Source: a virus
Taxonomy: Duplodnaviria; Caudoviricetes
Reading direction: 5' to 3' (one strand)
DNA: 64,000 bases
Virus record (IMG/VR): IMGVR_UViG_3300023213_000432
Span: 160,001-224,000 of that record
The notes under the pieces: generated by a model
Seen by the model: the letters and a program-made list of their open reading frames with translations, nothing else
Databases searched by the model: none
Told to the model about the DNA's origin: nothing
In this document: positions 18,773 through 27,773 of the stretch, piece by piece
Layout of the letters: the number at the start of each line of letters is the position of its first letter
Position numbering within the stretch: position 1 is the stretch's first letter
Made by a program: the position numbers and the translations under genes

Positions 18773-19105
18773 ATGTTTCGATCCTTTGACTGGAAATATC
18801 TGGATTATGATCCAACAACAAATCAATCTCGATACGAAATTATTTTTGTAGATGATGATTTTATCGAGACCACAATCGCTGCCTCCATTGCAGACTATGT
18901 CGTTGTCACCGTTTCCATCGCCCTAATCGATATTTACTCTCGAAGAAATCTCAATGTAGCTGGTAATCTAGTTTTGCTGATGCAATATATAGAAAATAAA
19001 CGGTCATGGGCAGATATTAAATGGCAAATCGAGGAATACCAAAAATGCATTCCAGAATATCAAAAATACCATGATCAAGTAATGGACTATCTAGTATTCA
19101 TGTGA
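18773..19105 (+). CDS. dispersed repeat-family protein, copy 2
   Basis: Conserved family motifs; variable core at 18863-18922. Confidence 0.85.
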   Translation: MFRSFDWKYLDYDPTTNQSRYEIIFVDDDFIETTIAASIADYVVVTVSIALIDIYSRRNLNVAGNLVLLMQYIENKRSWADIKWQIEEYQKCIPEYQKYHDQVMDYLVFM

Positions 19106-19117
19106 GAAAGAAGTAAA

Positions 19118-19453
19118 ATGTTTCAATCTTTTGATTGGAGATATCTGGGTTATAATCTAAAAACAAATCAATCTCAATACGAAACTACTTTCGTAGATGA
19201 TGATTTTATCGAAACAGTCGTCGTTTCCTTCATCAGCACCATCAATGACGGATCTTCCCTCGCCGCTGTTCTGATTGATATTTACTCTCAAAGAAATCTC
19301 AATGTAGCGGGCAATCTTGTGTTGTTAATGCAATATATAGAAAATAAATGGCCATGGATAGATATTAAGTGGCAAATCGAGCGTTATCAAAAAGAAGTTC
19401 CTGAATACCAGAAATACCACGATCAAGTAATGGATTATCTAATATTCATGTAG
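19118..19453 (+). CDS. dispersed repeat-family protein, copy 3 (tandem with copy 2)
   Basis: Conserved family motifs; variable core at 19208-19270. Confidence 0.85.
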   Translation: MFQSFDWRYLGYNLKTNQSQYETTFVDDDFIETVVVSFISTINDGSSLAAVLIDIYSQRNLNVAGNLVLLMQYIENKWPWIDIKWQIERYQKEVPEYQKYHDQVMDYLIFM

Positions 19454-19505
19454 AAGTTGTTATATTGCTCGGTACGCCGAGACGGTTAAAACAGAGGTTG
19501 ATAAA

Positions 19506-20153
19506 ATGGCACTTAAAATTGTTGCAATATCTGATACGCATTCTTATCATCGCAAGATTAGCGTGCCTGATGGTGATGTTCTAGTTTTTGCGGGCGACAT
19601 AACGTGGAAAGGTGAATTAGATATTATTGCTGATTTTGTCAATTGGCTTCGAGAATTACCCCACAAACATAAGTGCGTGATATTTGGCAACCATGAATTA
19701 GGATTTCAACATGGTTTTAAACGGATTCCTGCTATCAATATGATCAAAGAGGCGGGAGCACATTATCTTGAGGATAGCGGGGTTGAAATTGAAGGGAAAC
19801 TTTTTTGGGGTAGCCCATGGCAGCCATGGTTTCACGATTGGGAATGGAATTTACCACGAGGAGAAAAATTGGCCAAAAGATGGGCTATGATACCTAAGGA
19901 AACTAACGTTTTGTTGTGCCATGGCCCTCCATTCGGCATTGGTAGTTTGGACTTGCTAGATTCTGGCGAGAGGGTTGGTTGTGAAGAGCTGACTAAAAGA
20001 ATAAAAACTCTTCCAGAATTGGAATTATTTGTGTGCGGTCATATTCATTCGGGATACTCTAAGCACATAGAAAATAATGTTACTTTTGTGAATGCTGCTA
20101 GTTGCGACGAACAGTATAATCCAATTAATCCTCCGATTATTGTGGATTTATGA
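19506..20153 (+). CDS. calcineurin-like metallophosphoesterase
   Basis: SDTH, AGD, GNHE, CHGPP, CGHIH. Confidence 0.92.
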   Translation: MALKIVAISDTHSYHRKISVPDGDVLVFAGDITWKGELDIIADFVNWLRELPHKHKCVIFGNHELGFQHGFKRIPAINMIKEAGAHYLEDSGVEIEGKLFWGSPWQPWFHDWEWNLPRGEKLAKRWAMIPKETNVLLCHGPPFGIGSLDLLDSGERVGCEELTKRIKTLPELELFVCGHIHSGYSKHIENNVTFVNAASCDEQYNPINPPIIVDL

Positions 20154-20273
20154 TTTCCAATTTTGACCAGATTTGATGGCACCAATAGTGCTCTAACTAA
20201 CATTGTATATTTTGGCTATTTCTTTTTGTGTTAGATCATTATTTAATGAACCGATTGTGATTGAGGTATAAGA

Positions 20274-20621
20274 ATGAAGAAGAAAAATTATTTTATTGTA
20301 ATCAGCAAGGACATCGATGATTTCGACCCGTCAACCCTCATGCCTAATCCAATTATTGTATTAGGGGCAACTAATATGGAAGCCAAATATTTCAATGATC
20401 TGTCAGGTGAAATTTCAATTGAGGTAAATGGAGATGAAGTGTTCTTTTCTTGCAGCGGCAAAATGCATCATCAGATTGCTGGGCTTCAAAAGCAAATTGC
20501 TAAAAAAGAAAAACAATTTGCACAGCATATCAGAAGCATGAAATTGGCTCTTGGAGTTATGAAAGAGGGACTAAAAGTCGCTCGCAAAGCCATCAAGAAA
20601 AACAAAAGCAATGAACTATAA
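20274..20621 (+). CDS. hypothetical protein
   Basis: 115-aa collinear ORF. Confidence 0.55.
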   Translation: MKKKNYFIVISKDIDDFDPSTLMPNPIIVLGATNMEAKYFNDLSGEISIEVNGDEVFFSCSGKMHHQIAGLQKQIAKKEKQFAQHIRSMKLALGVMKEGLKVARKAIKKNKSNEL

Positions 20622-20799
20622 AGAATTAGCAAGAAAATGGTTGATTGAACACGAGCATTATGAACACGAACATTCTTTCAACGATGATTTAGAAAGCCTT
20701 TTGACATTAATTACTACGGCAGTTGATCATTATTTTGATACTTATGAAGAAATAGCGCCGACGGAATGCAAGAATTGTAAGTGTGGAAGGTTTAAATGA
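20611..20799 (+). CDS. hypothetical protein
   Basis: 62-aa ORF overlapping neighbours. Confidence 0.5.
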   Translation: MNYKELARKWLIEHEHYEHEHSFNDDLESLLTLITTAVDHYFDTYEEIAPTECKNCKCGRFK

Positions 20800-21158
20800 T
20801 TAAATTCAAATTATTCAGTGAATACGGCAGATCCTTCAAGGAATACTTGCCAAAGAAGTGCAAAAGATTGCCATCTCCTTTCACCCTGAAACATATCAAG
20901 CCGGGGATGTTCAATAAAACGGTGATGAAAAGATTACAATCCGCTAAAGAAAACGGTATGAAAATCGCTGTTCGGAAGTATGCTGGTTATAACCTTGTCG
21001 GCATTTTAGTAATCAACGAAGAAGATCAAAAAGAACAAAAGAAGGAACTCACTAGCCTCAAAAGAAAATATACTCGGTTGCTGAAAGATGAGAAGGTGAT
21101 AGAGTTTTTGAACATCAAAGCTAAATTGTTTATATTGACTAACGGGGCGGATTTATAA
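20796..21158 (+). CDS. hypothetical protein
   Basis: 120-aa collinear ORF. Confidence 0.55.
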   Translation: MIKFKLFSEYGRSFKEYLPKKCKRLPSPFTLKHIKPGMFNKTVMKRLQSAKENGMKIAVRKYAGYNLVGILVINEEDQKEQKKELTSLKRKYTRLLKDEKVIEFLNIKAKLFILTNGADL

Positions 21159-21635
21159 GTGATTTTAGCCATCACCGGTCATAGACCCTCGAAATTAGGT
21201 GGATTTTCTCTCCCCAATCCAACCTATCTCAAAGTTTGTCAAGCCTTGGATGCCAAGTTCCGAGAACTGAAGCCAGAAAAGATTATTGTAGGAATGTCAC
21301 AGGGGATCGATCAATATGCAGCTTTTGTGGCTCATAAACTTGGAATACCATTCATTGCCGCTGTTCCATTTGTGGGACAAGAAAAGATTTGGCCCGCCGC
21401 CGCGCAAAAGACCTATCACCAACTCTTGAAGTTAGCATCGAAACAAGTGATTGTGAGTGAGGGCGGATATTCAATAGAAAAGATGATGATTAGGAATGAA
21501 TGGATGGTAGATCAGGCTGATATGATTTTAGCTTGTTTTGATAAAACTACCAAAAATGGTGGAACATATAATTGTATCCAATATGTCATTAAAAAAAGCA
21601 AACCAATTATCTTTATAGATCCCAAAGAACTTTAA
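21159..21635 (+). CDS. SLOG/YspA (DUF1273)-like protein
   Basis: AITGHRP, GMSQGID, IRNEWMVD, GGTYNC. Confidence 0.85.
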   Translation: MILAITGHRPSKLGGFSLPNPTYLKVCQALDAKFRELKPEKIIVGMSQGIDQYAAFVAHKLGIPFIAAVPFVGQEKIWPAAAQKTYHQLLKLASKQVIVSEGGYSIEKMMIRNEWMVDQADMILACFDKTTKNGGTYNCIQYVIKKSKPIIFIDPKEL

Positions 21636-21638
21636 TAA

Positions 21639-22883
21639 ATGGAAAAAATAATGATAACTTATAAACCTAACGATTTTCGAACATATACTAAACAAGATGT
21701 AGAAAAACTTCGAGGCTCTTTTCAAATAGAATACACTGTTGCCAAAATGGGCGCCGAAAGATTATGGTGGCTTTTTAATAATCGTCCATACATCAAAGCA
21801 CTTGGGGCACTAACTGGCAATCAAGCTATGCAAATGGTCAAAGCAGGATTGGAAGCTATCTATTTGAGTGGTTGGCAAGTAGCCGCCGATAATAATACTT
21901 ATGGTGGCATGTATCCAGATCAATCTATTTATCCTGTCAACAGTGTTCCTAATGTGGTCAAGAAAGTTAATAATACTTTATTTCGAGCAGATCAAATTGA
22001 ACATGTTGAAGGCGGTGTCAAACGACATTGGTTAGCCCCGATTATAGCTGATGCTGAAGCTGGTTTTGGTGGATGCTTGAATTCTTTTGAATTAGCCAAG
22101 AACATGATTGAGGCAGGGGCAGCCGGCATTCATTATGAGGATCAGTTGTCGAGTGAAAAGAAATGTGGGCATTTGTCGGGCAAAGTATTGATTCCAACAT
22201 CTTCCTTCATTAAACATCTTATTGCCGCCCGATTAGCAGCAGATGTTTGTGGCACTAAAACGGTATTAGTTGCTCGAACAGATGCGGATAGTGCCCAGTT
22301 TATTACTTCGGATGCGGATGAATATGACGCTCCCTTTATTGATAAGGAAAAGCGAAGTAAAGATGGCTTCTATAAGGTGATAGGCGATCCAATAGATCGT
22401 TGCGTTGCTCGTGGTTTAGCTTATGCTCCTTATGCGGATATGTTATGGATGGAGACGAGCACGCCTTCATTGGAACAAGCTCAAAAATTTGCTGAAGGTA
22501 TCCATGCTAAATATCCTGACAAACTTCTTGCCTATAATAATTCGCCGTCTTTCAATTGGAAAAAACATCTTTCCAATAAGGAAATTGCAACATTCCAAGA
22601 CGAATTGGGCAAATTAGGCTATAAGTTTCAATTTATTACGTTAGCAGGCTTCCATGCACTCAATACCAGTATGTTTGAGTTAGCAGCCGGATATAAAGAG
22701 CATGGGATGAGTGCTTATGTAGAGTTGCAAGAGAAAGAGCTTGGATTGCAGGAGCTAGGATTTAGCGCAGTGAAACATCAAAGAGAAATTGGAACCGGAT
22801 ATTTCGACATGGTTCGCCAAGTGATCGATGGTAATTCAGAAATGTCAGCGTTAGAACATTCGACGGAAAAGAAACAATTTTGA
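21639..22883 (+). CDS. aceA: isocitrate lyase
   Basis: [36 protein letters not shown] catalytic loop, [42 protein letters not shown]. Confidence 0.96.
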   Translation: MEKIMITYKPNDFRTYTKQDVEKLRGSFQIEYTVAKMGAERLWWLFNNRPYIKALGALTGNQAMQMVKAGLEAIYLSGWQVAADNNTYGGMYPDQSIYPVNSVPNVVKKVNNTLFRADQIEHVEGGVKRHWLAPIIADAEAGFGGCLNSFELAKNMIEAGAAGIHYEDQLSSEKKCGHLSGKVLIPTSSFIKHLIAARLAADVCGTKTVLVARTDADSAQFITSDADEYDAPFIDKEKRSKDGFYKVIGDPIDRCVARGLAYAPYADMLWMETSTPSLEQAQKFAEGIHAKYPDKLLAYNNSPSFNWKKHLSNKEIATFQDELGKLGYKFQFITLAGFHALNTSMFELAAGYKEHGMSAYVELQEKELGLQELGFSAVKHQREIGTGYFDMVRQVIDGNSEMSALEHSTEKKQF

Positions 22884-22895
22884 GGAGATTAAATT

Positions 22896-23177
22896 ATGGA
22901 AGAGATCGTAAAATTGATTATTGATTGTACAAAGTTGGGTAACATAGTAGATAGCGAAAGACTTTCCATTGAGAGATCTGAAAAAGAAGGAAAGGAAATG
23001 TTTAAGGTTAAGATAAGTTATTTTGAAATCTGCAATGTAAGTTTGTATCAGGCGCTTTTGGAATTGAAAAGTAAGTTAGTATCTGAAATACAAGACAGAA
23101 TACAAATGACTTTGCGAGACGCAACTGATAAACTTAATACTTATTCTAAAATGTTGGAAGAAGCGGGTTGTCAATAA
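22896..23177 (+). CDS. hypothetical protein
   Basis: 93-aa ORF after GAGGAG. Confidence 0.6.
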   Translation: MEEIVKLIIDCTKLGNIVDSERLSIERSEKEGKEMFKVKISYFEICNVSLYQALLELKSKLVSEIQDRIQMTLRDATDKLNTYSKMLEEAGCQ

Positions 23178-23194
23178 GATGATATAAACAACGC

Positions 23195-23269
23195 GGCACG
23201 GTAGCCCAATTGGCAGGAGGCGGAATATTCAAAGTATTCACAGTGTCAGTTCGAATCTGATCCGTGCTA
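23195..23269 (+). tRNA. tRNA-Leu(CAA), short variable loop
   Basis: Acceptor GGCACGG/CCGTGCT; anticodon arm GAATA-TTCAAAG-TATTC; T-arm GTCAG-TTCGAAT-CTGAT. Confidence 0.85.
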
Positions 23270-23274
23270 CGAAT

Positions 23275-23354
23275 GGTGTTGTGTCGTAATGCGGCCGAGC
23301 AACGTTTAGATCGTTGTGCCCGAAGGCGTGTAGGTTCGAGTTCTACCAGTACCA
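23275..23354 (+). tRNA. tRNA-Leu(TAG), long variable arm
   Basis: Anticodon arm CAACG-TTTAGAT-CGTTG; variable hairpin GCC-CGAA-GGC; T-loop TTCGAGT. Confidence 0.85.
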
Positions 23355-23360
23355 GTAAGA

Positions 23361-24371
23361 TTAATTCACAAAATAGAAAAATTGTATTGGATTGCCACCC
23401 TTTTTATCATAATCTTCTATTAGTCGTTTTTCTCTTTTGAGAATGCCTCTTTTGTATAGTCGTTCTATAAATTTGACACTATATTGTTCAGTCATTATTG
23501 ATAAATTGTTTGCAGCAAATATAGTGTTTAATGGTAATAACAATTCTTTTGCTGGCGTTGGGCCAAATTTTTGCAGAACTTTGAGTGTTAATATTTCTTT
23601 CGCAGAGGGATGCATTCTATTTTTGAAATTAGCATCTGCCAACGGCGGCACATCAGTATAAAATCTGGCTTCTGTTTTTCTCCAAATCTCTGATTTTCTT
23701 GCCATACTTTCTGGGAAAACATTATCAATCTCTTGGAGTAGTTTTCTTGCTGCGCTATCACATGCAACGATACGTAATTTTTCATGACCATCTTTGGCTA
23801 TACCCAAATGTAGAAGGCTGAAATGTTCATTATATCGTTTAGACAACATAGTAGCCAAAAACTCAACATCTTCTGGTAAAAACCCTTCGGTGCATAATCG
23901 AAGATAAAAACGATATTTGGATGCACGTGTTTTGATGTGCCCATCATCAGCAAACCAAACTGCTAATGTTAACGGAGTTAATTCAATATTTCTTGGTACC
24001 ATTTTAATGATCTTGTCTTGCCATGGTTTATACCAAATATCATAGTAATATGTGAATACAGGAAAACGACGTGTTTTTATGCTTGCCATTTCATAAATTT
24101 TATTGTTGATTAATTTTCCATTGATAGTTGGTGCAGGACAACCTCTATGGTAAATGTCTGCGGTTATATATTCATGAAATATTTCATGTTGCCATAGTAG
24201 ATAGTTAATATCTTCAGCGCTTCTTTCAATAGAAAGGCTCGCGTTAGATCGTGAATTTTCCCTTCCAGCCAAGGAACCATCCCCCAACAATAATCCAGTC
24301 ATTATTTCATGTTGAATGCCTGTTAATGGATGTTTCAGGGTATTAATTTCTTCTGCTGTTAATCTTGCCAC
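23361..24371 (-). CDS. LAGLIDADG homing endonuclease (free-standing, abutting tRNA genes)
   Basis: GLLLGDGSL and LAVWFADDG motifs. Confidence 0.9.
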   Translation of the reverse strand: MARLTAEEINTLKHPLTGIQHEIMTGLLLGDGSLAGRENSRSNASLSIERSAEDINYLLWQHEIFHEYITADIYHRGCPAPTINGKLINNKIYEMASIKTRRFPVFTYYYDIWYKPWQDKIIKMVPRNIELTPLTLAVWFADDGHIKTRASKYRFYLRLCTEGFLPEDVEFLATMLSKRYNEHFSLLHLGIAKDGHEKLRIVACDSAARKLLQEIDNVFPESMARKSEIWRKTEARFYTDVPPLADANFKNRMHPSAKEILTLKVLQKFGPTPAKELLLPLNTIFAANNLSIMTEQYSVKFIERLYKRGILKREKRLIEDYDKKGGNPIQFFYFVN

Positions 24372-24399
24372 ATTCAGTTATATATCAGCTTTTCAGCAG

Positions 24400-24837
24400 T
24401 TATTTTGCATAATTGGCAATTAGCCGATCATTAATCTCAAATGAAGATTTTTTCTTTTTGGGCTCGCTGACTTCAATGCTTGGATAGTGTTTTTTGACAG
24501 CTCGCCTTACTGCCTCTTGAAGTTCACCTAATGTTCCTGAATACCATAAAGGTTTGTTCTTATGTTGGTGAGACCGCGCAATAGCATTTCTAGCTTGGTT
24601 TGCATCATTAATCGGGTAGTGATCAGCATCATCAAGCACCTTAGGACTTTCTGCCGGAAATACCACTTTCCCCCTTTGCCTTACTTTTGCTTTAGGGTCG
24701 AGTTTTCTCTTCCTTTTATCAGCCGTTTTTTCCAATTCTTCAGCGGCAGACTTTTCAAAATCAGCGACGCGCAGCAAAAGTTGATTAACTTGGGACATCA
24801 GAAACTCCGTTTGGGGACGATATATGAAATATGCCAT
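24400..24837 (-). CDS. conserved phage hypothetical protein
   Basis: RKLDPKAKVR...VFPAES...DHYPINDANQARNAIAR. Confidence 0.65.
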   Translation of the reverse strand: MAYFIYRPQTEFLMSQVNQLLLRVADFEKSAAEELEKTADKRKRKLDPKAKVRQRGKVVFPAESPKVLDDADHYPINDANQARNAIARSHQHKNKPLWYSGTLGELQEAVRRAVKKHYPSIEVSEPKKKKSSFEINDRLIANYAK

Positions 24838-24907
24838 TCAATTGGCATAGTTAGACAAATATGGTGATGTAAATAGGCATTCAAATCGCCTTGGAATCGC
24901 CACTTCT

Positions 24908-24977
24908 GCCCCACGTGCCGGATGCACAGCAGTGTTTTCTAAACACAGCCCGCTCCGTTCAACTCGGAGGTGGGGTG
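24908..24977 (+). tRNA. atypical tRNA-Arg(TCT) with reduced D-arm
   Basis: Acceptor GCCCCAC/GTGGGGT; anticodon arm GTGT-TTTCTAA-ACAC; T-arm CTCCG-TTCAACT-CGGAG; lacks U8 and has a short D region. Confidence 0.6.
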
Positions 24978-24986
24978 CTAAACTTT

Positions 24987-25060
24987 TTTCGCGTAGTTCA
25001 ATGGATTAGAACATCGGTCTACGGAACCGAAAGTTGCAGGTTCAAGTCCTGCCGCGAAAA
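24987..25060 (+). tRNA. tRNA-Arg(ACG)
   Basis: Acceptor TTTCGCG/CGCGAAA; anticodon arm TCGGT-CTACGGA-ACCGA; T-arm GCAGG-TTCAAGT-CCTGC. Confidence 0.92.
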
Positions 25061-25100
25061 CTAATCAACCCAACCCTTTCCCCTTGAAAGAAACATCATT

Positions 25101-25445
25101 ATGAACAAGAAAATTCGACGCGTCGTCATTGAAAGTCCCTATGCCGGAAATATTGAAAAAAACCTTCGCTATCTCCGAGCCTGCATGCGAGATTGTCTCT
25201 TGAAAAATGAGGCGCCTTTTGCTAGCCATGGCCTATACACAATGCCGGGAGTTCTTCGAGACGAAGTTCCCGAAGAGCGAATGCATGGAATTATTGCCGG
25301 ATTTGCTTGGAGAGAAATTAGCGATGCCACCATTGTTTATACTGACCTTGAAATTTCCAAAGGAATGGAATATGGTATTGCCCATGCCAAAGAATTGGGA
25401 CATCTCATCGAATATAGAGCATTAGGTGGGGAATGGAGCAAATGA
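25101..25445 (+). CDS. conserved phage protein (nucleoside deoxyribosyltransferase-like fold)
   Basis: VVIESPYAG, APFASHGLY, ISKGMEYGI. Confidence 0.65.
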   Translation: MNKKIRRVVIESPYAGNIEKNLRYLRACMRDCLLKNEAPFASHGLYTMPGVLRDEVPEERMHGIIAGFAWREISDATIVYTDLEISKGMEYGIAHAKELGHLIEYRALGGEWSK

Positions 25446-25596
25446 AGAAAACAAAGCGAAAGCGAAAACGACATTCTTGCTGCAATTCTCCTCAACCTCT
25501 ATATTATTCTTCGTGGAAAGATGAAGATGGTAGATGTGTTAATTGTGGTAAACCACTAAAGTATGGAGATAAATTATTGAAACGAGAAAATTATAA

Positions 25597-25884
25597 ATGA
25601 CCGCTAAAGTAGTAAATATTAATTCTGGCGAGCCCTTCGATGTCTATGTTGGGCGTCCGCCAAAATTTGGAAATACTTTTACTCATCTCCAGCATCTTGG
25701 AGGCAATCTCATCATAGTGGATACCCGAGAAGAAGCTGTTGCTCGTTATGAAGAATGGATTCGTTCTCAACCCGAACTTATGCTTGCCGCTAAACAAGAA
25801 CTCAAAAATAAAGTTCTTGCTTGTCACTGTCATCCACTTGCGTATCATGCCGATGTTCTTTTACGCATCGCCAACGAAGAATAA
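25597..25884 (+). CDS. DUF4326-like protein
   Basis: DVYVGRPPKFGN and ELKNKVLACHCHP...HADVL. Confidence 0.8.
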   Translation: MTAKVVNINSGEPFDVYVGRPPKFGNTFTHLQHLGGNLIIVDTREEAVARYEEWIRSQPELMLAAKQELKNKVLACHCHPLAYHADVLLRIANEE

Positions 25885-25887
25885 TTA

Positions 25888-26193
25888 ATGAGACCTACCT
25901 TTATTACTCAAGAACATATTATACGCTGGAACGAATTGATGCAACAAGATCCTCTGTTCCCGCCTGCTCTTTTTAAATCCTCCATCATTTTGGAAGTTTG
26001 TTATGCTGGACTTTATCTTCAAGAAGAACTTCATAAACTTCAATGTCCTGAAGAATTAATTACTCGAATTCAGTGGCATGGCGGAAAATTGTCTTTTGGT
26101 CGAGATCCATGGGAGATTCATCTTCAACTCTTGAATGACTATAAAGACAATCAGCTAACTTTTGAGGACGATCCCGATCTTCCGCTCAATTGA
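25888..26193 (+). CDS. hypothetical protein
   Basis: 101-aa collinear ORF. Confidence 0.6.
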   Translation: MRPTFITQEHIIRWNELMQQDPLFPPALFKSSIILEVCYAGLYLQEELHKLQCPEELITRIQWHGGKLSFGRDPWEIHLQLLNDYKDNQLTFEDDPDLPLN

Positions 26194-26215
26194 ACAACAT
26201 TTATTTCTTAAAATA

Positions 26216-26244
26216 TTGACCAATTAATCATTCGTATTTATATT
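26216..26244 (+). promoter_or_regulatory. sigma70-like promoter
   Basis: TTGACC-N17-TATATT upstream of the MoxR gene. Confidence 0.5.
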
Positions 26245-26264
26245 TTGCTCCCAATGGAATTATT

Positions 26265-27398
26265 ATGACTCAACCCAATCACAAAAACATGACTGTTTCC
26301 GATTTCAATTTGGTTAAACTAAACACCAAACAATTATCGGAACATATTGCAGCCACTATTCAAGGCGGCGGAAACATCGCCATTTTTGGCAAGCGTGGCA
26401 CCGGCAAAACAGAAATTTCTAAACAAGAGATTAAAAACGCTGGGCTTCAAGAAGTTTATATTAACCTCTCAGTTTTGGAAAGAACAGATTTAGCCGGATT
26501 TCCTCGGGTGTTATGTGCTGATCAGACAGAGAAATACGTGGAATATTTGCTTCCCCAGTTTTACAAGCCATTAATTGAGGGCAATAAAGAAGCGGTAGTT
26601 GTTTTTGATGAAGTAGATAAAGCTGATCCTAGCATTTGGGCACCCTTGTTAGAATTTACTCAATTCAAAAGTATTAATCAGCGATCTCTTCCCAATCTCA
26701 AATCTATTATTATGACGGGCAACTTAATTTCCGAAGGCGGCTCTCGTCCTAGTTTGCCACTATTGGATCGCAGTGAAAAATATTTAGTGGAAGCGGATGC
26801 TACTCTTTGGTTAGATTGGGCTGCCAAAGTTGGGCATATTCACCCTGCCATTCGAGCTTATATTTCTGACAATAATTTGGATTTGCATGGTGTTGCTGAC
26901 CCGGAAGATCGTTATGCCGATCCTTCTCCTCGTGGTTGGACAAATGCTTCCAAGATCTTGCAAAAAGGTGAAGAACAGGGCTGGAATACTGCTCTTCTTA
27001 AGCAAAAAGTTCATGGATGTGTTGGAAAAGCTGCTGGTATTAAATATGACATTTACTATGAGCATTATCAACAACTCTTGCCGATGATTGATGATTTGTT
27101 TCGAGGAAAGGACATTTTGGATCAGTATGAGAAAATGGAACCATCTAAAAAGATGGTGGCTTGTATGATTGCTTGCACTCGACTAGCTAATCAATTAGAT
27201 CTTGCTACGCCAGAGCAACCGCCGCCTACCATTTCCATCATTGGAAAGTTTTTACAACATGTTTCTTATGAAAATGCTTATATTGCGATTCGGGGCTCCA
27301 TTCAATTAGAACGATTTATTAAGTTCAAATTAGATATTCATCCAGATTGGAAAGAACATGTTAAGGAGCTTAAAGATCGAATCAAAGTTAGAATTTGA
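26265..27398 (+). CDS. MoxR-like AAA+ ATPase
   Basis: GKRGTGKT Walker A, VVFDEVDKA Walker B, MTGN, LLDR, PSPRGW. Confidence 0.88.
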   Translation: MTQPNHKNMTVSDFNLVKLNTKQLSEHIAATIQGGGNIAIFGKRGTGKTEISKQEIKNAGLQEVYINLSVLERTDLAGFPRVLCADQTEKYVEYLLPQFYKPLIEGNKEAVVVFDEVDKADPSIWAPLLEFTQFKSINQRSLPNLKSIIMTGNLISEGGSRPSLPLLDRSEKYLVEADATLWLDWAAKVGHIHPAIRAYISDNNLDLHGVADPEDRYADPSPRGWTNASKILQKGEEQGWNTALLKQKVHGCVGKAAGIKYDIYYEHYQQLLPMIDDLFRGKDILDQYEKMEPSKKMVACMIACTRLANQLDLATPEQPPPTISIIGKFLQHVSYENAYIAIRGSIQLERFIKFKLDIHPDWKEHVKELKDRIKVRI

Positions 27399-27401
27399 AA
27401 A

Positions 27402-27692
27402 ATGTTTCGATCTTATAGTTTGAAACCTCTAGATTACGGATACGAAATCACCATCGTGGATGATGATTTTACTGAATCTGCCTTCGCCATGAACGTGCCC
27501 TCCGTCACTGCCCTGATTAATATTTACTCTCGAAGAAATCTTAATGTGTCTGGCAATTTAGCTTTACTAATACGATATGGAGAATATAAACACTCATGGG
27601 ATATAAAAAGGCAAATTAAATGGTTTCAAGCATATGTTCCTGAATACCAGAAATACCATGATCAAGTAATAGACTATCTAATATTTTTGTGA
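27402..27692 (+). CDS. dispersed repeat-family protein, copy 4 (between MoxR and VWA genes)
   Basis: Conserved family motifs; shorter N-terminus; variable core at 27471-27512. Confidence 0.85.
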   Translation: MFRSYSLKPLDYGYEITIVDDDFTESAFAMNVPSVTALINIYSRRNLNVSGNLALLIRYGEYKHSWDIKRQIKWFQAYVPEYQKYHDQVIDYLIFL

Positions 27693-27773
27693 AGATTGTT
27701 ATATTAATTAAAAAGAAAGGAAAGGGCAAAATCCTACTGCAAACAAGAGCACAGGTCTTTTTGCCTATGAATC

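Noticed and set aside
23361-24371. LAGLIDADG genes (also 29592..30506) as group I intron ORFs
   Set aside because: No interrupted host gene or recognisable intron core flanks either gene; both appear free-standing.
24861-24902. Possible tRNA minihelix (GGTGAT...AGGCA-TTCAAAT-CGCCT...ATCGCCA)
   Set aside because: It has a T-loop-like heptamer, but the geometry is wrong (4-nt gap before the 3' strand, a mismatch in the stem). It could be chance or a tRNA remnant and is too weak to call.
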